From positions 230,827 to 294,826 of the forward strand of contig BDGG01000006.1 of NCBI GenBank assembly GCA_001949185.1: 64,000 nt of DNA, in the 5' to 3' direction. Position 1 is the stretch's first letter, and the number at the start of each line of letters is the position of its first letter. This document shows positions 57,155 to 64,000 of this stretch, piece by piece. A program made the position numbers and the translations under genes. The notes beneath the pieces are model-generated. The model did not search any database. It saw only the letters and a program-made list of their open reading frames with translations, and was not told where the DNA came from. The DNA is from Ramazzottius varieornatus. Lineage: Eukaryota > Animalia > Tardigrada.

Positions 57155-58554
57155 TCACGATTTTCTCTCAAAAGTATTGACGTTTTCCACACCGGCATCA
57201 CCATTACTTCTGTAAGAAGCTTGTACAGAAGTGTTGGCATTACTAGCAGGCGTATGCATGGCATAGTGGGTATTAGTGAAACTAGACAACTGCGCAAAGT
57301 CTCCATGGGTGAACTGCCCAGCAGATCCTTCCATACCATGCGCCGCCATCAGTCCTCCCGGCGAACCGCTGGCCGAGTCATCGTCATCGTCCATGTAGTC
57401 CCCATCGTCAAAGTCCCCTTCCTCGTCAAAGCCATTCTCTAGGCTCATTCGGTGCTCGATGGGCTCAGCATTGTCCCCATCGGCGCCGGAAGGGAGATCG
57501 GGCGAGTTCAGACACGTCTGAATCAGGACTTTACCTTCTTCACTGGTGATCATCGGCTGCAGCTTTCGCGTGGCGAAAGTGTAAACGTGTCCCGTCTCCG
57601 AAGCCACCAACAGCATCACTTCGGTTCCTGTCAGCGTCGATAGCTCATAAGCCTGCAAAGAGAAACAGGGTTCAGAACACTGTAAAGGCCCAAATCTACT
57701 ACCTGCATACAAACTTTCTGTACTTTCGTACACAAACCACATCTGGGTGCACGACATCGGTTAGCGGGTTTTGAGCCACGCACCTAGGTATTCTTATACC
57801 CCGTATTTTAAACCACGCGCCTTCATCTATGTGCACGTCTGACGGCTGCACTCAACAGGGAAGTGCACAGTGGTGTCATCAGTGACAAACTTGAATTTCC
57901 TCTTATCAGATTCAAGTGGCCTCGCCGAGTAATTCATCAAAATACACTTGATACGTGCTTTATCATCTGATAAGACATGATTTATCGTTATGACTGGGCG
58001 GAATAAAGCAAAATTAACTGTATGAAAAATGAAGGCCCATCACCGGAGCAAAACGAGACTTTCCAAAAACAAAAGATGAAAAATGAAGAAAGCTCACGCA
58101 CCTGCATACATGTTTACACGCTGTGTCAATACGCAGGAGCGTTATGCAACGTTCACAATGGTTAACGCTTTTTGAATATTTTCGGCCGTTTGTTTACCTT
58201 TTTCATCAGGCCGGCTTTTCTCTTGCTAAAAGTGGTGTAGCGTCGGAGTTTGTTGTCGATGAATTCCATCTTTATCTTGACCCGTCCCTTGGTCTTCTTG
58301 CCATGGGAGTGCGTCTTGAGCTTGCCTTGTTGAGGGCCGTTTGACGAAGAGGAGGAGGACGGCATGGTGCCATGAAAGCCTTCGGGTATGCCTAGTCGTT
58401 CCAGACCGAGCTGGACAGGAGTGCGGATCACAGAGGAGCTGCCAGTGGGGTTGGCAAATAGTGATGCAGAAGGTAAGGAACCATGGGGCTGCAAGGAGAA
58501 GTTGATGGAAGACGAAGTAGACGGTGCACCGTTCTGCACGGGCTGCGATGTCAT
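57155..58554 (-). CDS. SRF: Serum response factor (MADS box, blistered-like)
   Basis: Exons 58554-58198 (ORF open to 58638) and 57652-57155. KKTKGRVKIKMEFIDNKLRRYTTFSKRKAGLMKK|AYELSTLTGTEVMLLVASETGHVYTFAT. Confidence 0.95.
57901..57987. promoter_or_regulatory. Candidate intronic enhancer with NK2/Tinman and GATA sites
   Basis: TCAAGTG at 57912, CACTTGA at 57945, GATA sites at 57903, 57960, 57968 and 57982. Motif inference only. Confidence 0.35.
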
Positions 58555-61500
58555 CCTCTCTGTCTTCCACAGTACGTCTTCTATGGATCCTGCTCCAAAG
58601 CTCTCCTCGGCCAACCTGTGAAGGACATACTTAGGCACATCATCATGGCTCGGAAAGAAGAACGCTCTGTGGATAAGGCAGAAAAGGAAGACGAAATAAA
58701 TTGAATATTCAAATTTTCAAAATCCAAACGGAACAATCACAAATCAAGCCACGAGCACAATCAATCGAAGATAATGATTCCACTTCCACTCCGCTGTTTC
58801 GCATGTGGAAGTGGGATTCCATCTTGAGCATAATCTTCAGAGAGGTCACCCGAGATTATTCAGCTAACGAACTGCGGAGATATTCTGTCGAAAATTTTCA
58901 TCAAAAAGAAAATAAATCTTCCGTATGATATTTTGATGGCAGCAAAAAATACATAATATTATGGGAAATTACTCGATTAATATTATTTTCGCGAGCAATA
59001 ACGTCAACCTGTTGCTTCCTTGTTCAGTCGGATGACGGCATTTTCAAAAACTTCCGCGGCGTCCGATATCAAAATGAATTAGGATTCATCGAGTCGAAGC
59101 TCAGTTCTGCTGATTGGGTCAAAATAGCTTAGAGAAGTGATGGAAGCAACAGCTGAGGTCAAGTCGATCTGCCCTGCACCTTATGATCGGGGGGATACTA
59201 ATAATAACTTGATCTTCTTGGCTTTCGGACCCGCATCTTCTCGCTGCTTTGAATTTGCAGGTCTGATGCACCACCAACCAAGCACGTCCTCTCCGTTACG
59301 ATCAAAGCTCATAAAAACGTATAAATCACTCGTTTGGTCTTGCTTTAATGGTCGACAAGTGTGCTCCAACTACGACGACCCCAAAAAAGAGATATACTAG
59401 AGTACTACGAAAGGGAAAACTCCTAAGTTCAACATACCTTGGATGAGACGAATCGCAAAGAAGACTTGGTTCCGCGCGAATTCCTTCGGATCCGTTGGGT
59501 CAGAATTCTGTCCACAAACAATGCCAAACAGAGAGTTGTACTGATAAGGTGGAAATGTCAACTGTTGCGCGTGTGCCCATAGTCCTCATACAGTGAAGAC
59601 AGCGGATATCAAGATTCAAACTGTTTCAATCCCTAAGACTGGTCCGATTAAACCTCTAGAGATACAGTCATGCTCTTGATTAGAAAACCAGTAATAAGTC
59701 ACGTTTCAAGTTGACCGTTTGCCTTTGTCATTCACGGCTAGATGGAAATGATCAAAATAACGGATTAAGCAAATAGAGCTAGACCAGTATCAAAGATGGC
59801 TTCCGACACAACAGTCGTACTGTGACCGTCCAACAGGTACCACTAATACTTGTACGTCTCCCATGAAACTCGGTATCCTTCCTTTGCACTCCTTCTGATG
59901 TTGCGCACAAGGAAGTACAACACATCCATTGGGTTTACAAGTTTCAAGGAACGGTTTCTCCAAGGAAAGTTGCGGGCTTAAAACTTGTTCACCTCACAGG
60001 AGAATGAGTGAATGAGTGATGGTTGTGAGCAGTGACTATAGTGCCTTGGTCATGGGGGTAGAAATGTACAGTATGTTTTCTTGAGCGGTGGATGCCGGAG
60101 GTTTGAATATGAAAGTATCCTCGATGACTGCGATGGCCATCGCTATGTATTTTAAGACATTCCCTCGTTCTTTGCTACTGTACACTTTGCCGACCCGGCC
60201 ATATACAGATCTTTAAGTCCATTTATAAACTGTGCCTTCTTGCTGACGGATGTCTGCAAGCATTTCGGCGGAATCTGATTAACTCGGCAATAGTCATGTT
60301 TGCGCCAGAGCCTTGGTGGAAGCTCGGCCCAATGGTAAGGACGAAGGCGGGCTCTGTCTTTCGGCCAAATATCGACTTGTCCTTTTATGGAGCTTCTTTG
60401 ACAGTCATCTTCCTTCCGGCATAACCATATGCATGCATGTAAGGCAAAGTTTCAGCTACTGCCTTCCATCATCAAGTGAAGCTGACATGCCAGCCATGTT
60501 GTTTTTTCTAGCTGATGATGAGGAAAGGCGTCTCCTGACCAGCGCGTGGGTGGCTTTGATACTGTAAGCGACCTCCGTCGTGACAGGAACCCACTTCGCC
60601 TTGGTGGACCACCGTGGCCTGCGCTGTACATTCCGTTACCATGATGACTGCACGTCCTTATCGGCACCATTGGCTTTTCTTGATTCTTTCAGAGAAAGCC
60701 ATCAGTGTCCAGAAGGACAAAGGTTGCCGCTGGAATTGCTGAGCGGGACCTCACACTCTGCTGTCGGTGGCGCACCTGGCCAAGATTGACGTTTTCCCCT
60801 GCAAACTTCCTGAAGCAGCTTCCGTCACTATTTATCATATCAGATACTGCACTTTCCTGTGTGGTACTGGTGCTAGGATGCTATTAGACGAGCGAGCTTG
60901 GGGGATTGACACAAGGTCAGACAGGAAAGCGGCGCGCAAGACTTCGTTGTTTTGTCATCTGAACAATGCAAGAAAGTCAATCAAACAGAGTGCCCAACCA
61001 ATCAAGAAACTAACATGAAGTCCCTAAAGGCAAAAGAGCGCATGTGAAAGACTGGGAAATTGGCAAACGGTTATAAATCATTTCCCCGAAAATATAAGAA
61101 GTTTATCCATTTGACTGGTGGACTTGCGGGAGAGGGTACAGGGAGCGCAAGTTCGTTTCAGTACAGTAGGAAACAGGGAAATTGGAGGAGATGGTCGAGA
61201 GGTCTGAGCGGCAGCTGGCCGGACAGTAGTATTCTTTGTGAGATGGAGGCGCTTTATTATTGTCGGAAATAACTGTGCTTGTGAACCTTAGGTAATAAAG
61301 GTAAGCGCCACATTTTGTGATCGATTAGTGTCATTGGCAGAAAAGCGATGTGTGATAGCTGCTTGTGGACGTCAACAAGGCTCTCGCACTTCATCTTGGC
61401 GTCGACCATTAGTTCAGCGGGACAATTTGTATTAGTGACTGTGTTCCATTGATTGCCGCCCACGGCCACAATCAAACAGCGCTTTTCTTCTCGTTTGTCC

Positions 61501-61955
61501 ACTTTGCCACTTTTCTAGCTTCACTGTAATCCCAGGCCGCGACACCCCCTCACATACCTACTTTAATACACTTGACGAGCAGTCTCTCCGAAAACACTCT
61601 GCTAAATCTGATCACATCTCACTTTAAGCGGAAAAACAACCTTCTTCGTCCAACGTGCAAAAGGCTTGCAAACTTTATTTGGTCATTCTTTCTGTCAGGA
61701 AGACACCATCCACAAAAACCGAAGAAAAAAAGCGTACCAACCAAGAACGAAAACTCTCATCGACTTACTACAGAAGGGCAGTTACTAGGGAACCCTTTAA
61801 AGCCTAATCAGAACACAGAAGAGGTAGGAACCGGTTTTGGGCATCAGAGGATGAAAGGAAGCGTAAAGACGTTGGCTTTTAAAGCTGTCATGACGTTTAA
61901 AAAAGAGCTGCTATGGAATAGATTAAACGAGAACAAAAGGAGATGGGACTTTCAT

Positions 61956-64000
61956 CTATATCTTCCTGACAAAGTCCAGACCCAGAGCAGCGGGAATCTG
62001 GATGCTGTCCAGCTCCACTCTGCTGGGTGAGTAGGGAAAGACAACGGGATAGACGTAGTCGGTGTTCATGGAGACACTGGAAGCCGCACCGGACACTGAA
62101 GAGGGCGCCATCAGACCGGGCGCCATCGCATCCGGTCGGTCCAACAAGCGCGCTTGCATCTTCTGCACAAAGGTCGGATCGACCTTGTCGTACTCTTCCG
62201 TCGGTGTGTAGTTTTGCAGAAGCTTGTATATCTGCAAAAAGCACAAAACAACTTTTTCCTCACTTGACAAGATTTCCGAAATTCATTGCAAATTTTACTT
62301 GAATTCTATCAATATTTCTATTTTATTTTCTCAAGTCCCACCGCACCCATAATATGCTTGATTTTATTTTCCGAGTTCTAACGAGTGAACGTGGCAACAA
62401 TATTGTTCGAGGCGACTCTTAGCCTTCCACCTGTGGTGAGAAACTGAGGGTTTGCATGGGGATAATTATTTTCTGATCTTGATGCGTGACAATAGTCTTG
62501 GCGGGTTTCAGTAATTAATTACGGTGGGTGACAATAGCCATTTTGGGTTTCAGTAGATGACTATAGCTATTTCTTTAAGTTTTATCTGATTCTGTAAAAT
62601 ATTCCCTTTTCGAGTTGTCCCTATTAAAAATGGTTTTGTTACCTGTGCGTTGGACAAGGCTTTGGCCATGTTGACAATGCCTTCGATATCTTCGTCCTTC
62701 TGCTTTCTGGCTTGCAGAATGTGGGCACATTCGGTGATGGCGGCCATTGCCTGCATCATCTCTTCAGGTGGCAGCGTCGTCGAGTGTGAGCGCACAAACT
62801 CGTGTAGCACACTGATGTTGGCCCTGCAAAGGAGACTAAAGATAAGTCACTCTTGATAAGAAACTTCAAAGCACTTTCTTACCTTATCTGTACGCCGGAA
62901 ATGAAGGTGCAAGTCTTGGCGCTCTGCATGAGGAAGTTGACCGAGTTGGCCGACAGACAGAAGAGCAACTGCCGGAAGATCTGCCGAACCACCACAGGAT
63001 CGAGGGCGTGATCCTGTGTGATTAACCTGTAGTAATACTCCAGCTTCTTCTGTACCGACGCCGCACAGTCCGCCGGCGACTTGGTCTTCCACCTGCGAGC
63101 CAAGGTTCCTGGTTCCTTCAAGCCAAGCACAGACTCGTGCTCAATAATGGCTTTCGCTGCAAAAAACAAACATACCATCAACATCAGCCGAAGAATCAAT
63201 AACAAAAACGGGACCGGGCAAACGAATTGGGGCGGAACGTTTTTCCAAGTGGCACACGTCTCCGACCATTAATACCGACAACGTGCGCCGCTTGGTAAAA
63301 ACGATCTTGTCAAGGTTGTTTTGCCGAGCTGCCACTGGGAGTGGCTTCTTACCAGCGTCATCTTTGATTTCTCGCTGCATGAGGGTAACGAGAGAGCGGT
63401 AAATACTAAGGCACAAATCGTCAAAGTGGGTGCGGAAGGCACTGAGATCAAAGTTCTTCAAGCAGTGCTGATTCTGCTTGGGCGAATTCTCCTTCTGGAA
63501 GGTTTTGTTGTCACCACTGTACTGCTTCAGCAGATCCACCAGCCGTAGACCGTTCAGCAGCCACAGCGTAAAGTGCTCGATACCACTAGACTTCTTCTTC
63601 AACACATTCTGCAACACTCTCCACCTTGTATTTTTTTATATCCATTTTATATTGTCAAGTTCAGTCAAACCTGAATATTGATCTTGGTAGTGGAGAGAAG
63701 TTCCTTGACCGTCTTTTCATTGTTGACATGGTCGGTATAGCGGACAGCCATGAAGAGAATGTATGCAGGGAGGCCAGGCAGGACCAAGGTGCTGGCAACC
63801 TGCGGGGAGACGCTGACCAGGCAGTCGGCCAGACGCTTGGCCGTCTCCGAGTTTTGCTGGAACTCGATCATGCCTTGCTGTGTCGACTTCATGGTCACTT
63901 GCGGCATTTCCTCACCTTCACCACTGTATCCATTCTGACCGTATATCCCGTTCAACCCTGCCAAGCATAACAGACTCGAATGAAAAACTGCGGTTTCGAT
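61956..64000 (-). CDS. MYO5: Myosin V, 3' exons (globular tail/dilute domain; partial)
   Basis: PGLPAYILFMAVRY, WLLNGLRLVDLLKQYSGD, HCLKNFDLS, QIFRQL, HILQARK, KLLQNYTP and IPAALGLDFVRKI*. Confidence 0.92.
63210..63331. mobile_element. Palindromic MITE-like element in a myosin V intron
   Basis: GGACCGGGCAAAC...TTCCAAGTGGCACACG...CGTGCGCCGCTTGGTAAAAACGATCTTGTCAAGGTTGTTTTGCCGAGCT. Confidence 0.7.

Noticed and set aside
62486-62560. Imperfect ~42-bp duplication (GTGACAATAG...GGGTTTCAGTA) in a myosin V intron
   Set aside because: Ordinary local duplication with no evidence of function.

Overview
Eukaryotic, gene-dense animal DNA with short GT-AG introns (mostly 55-120 nt). It looks like a compact ecdysozoan genome, tardigrade-like, but the species is an inference and was not verified. 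Genes rebuilt by hand-splicing, in order: UGDH 3' end (+), mitoferrin (+), COE/collier (+), peptide-type GPCR (-), 7x CBM14 chitin-binding mucin (-), Bari-family homeobox (-), EXOC8 (+), 2-Cys peroxiredoxin (-), cyclin B (-), GM130 (-), orphan disordered mitochondrial-type protein (+), Ldh_2-family dehydrogenase (-), trehalase (+), large Maf (+), EMRE (-), TMEM223 (+), orphan FPPPP membrane protein (+), SRF (-) and myosin V 3' end (-). A transposon hotspot at 36.7-41.0 kb holds two hAT derivatives with 8-bp TSDs and a TIR-bounded DD35D pogo element whose transposase is split by introns. A palindromic MITE-like family recurs in introns across the window. Best leads: the orphan Lys/Ser-rich protein at 41142-41696, the intron-bearing pogo, the intronic hairpin family, the ActA-like orphan, and candidate cis-regulatory clusters. 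No rRNA, tRNA or CRISPR was recognised. All family assignments come from motif recognition, without database searches.
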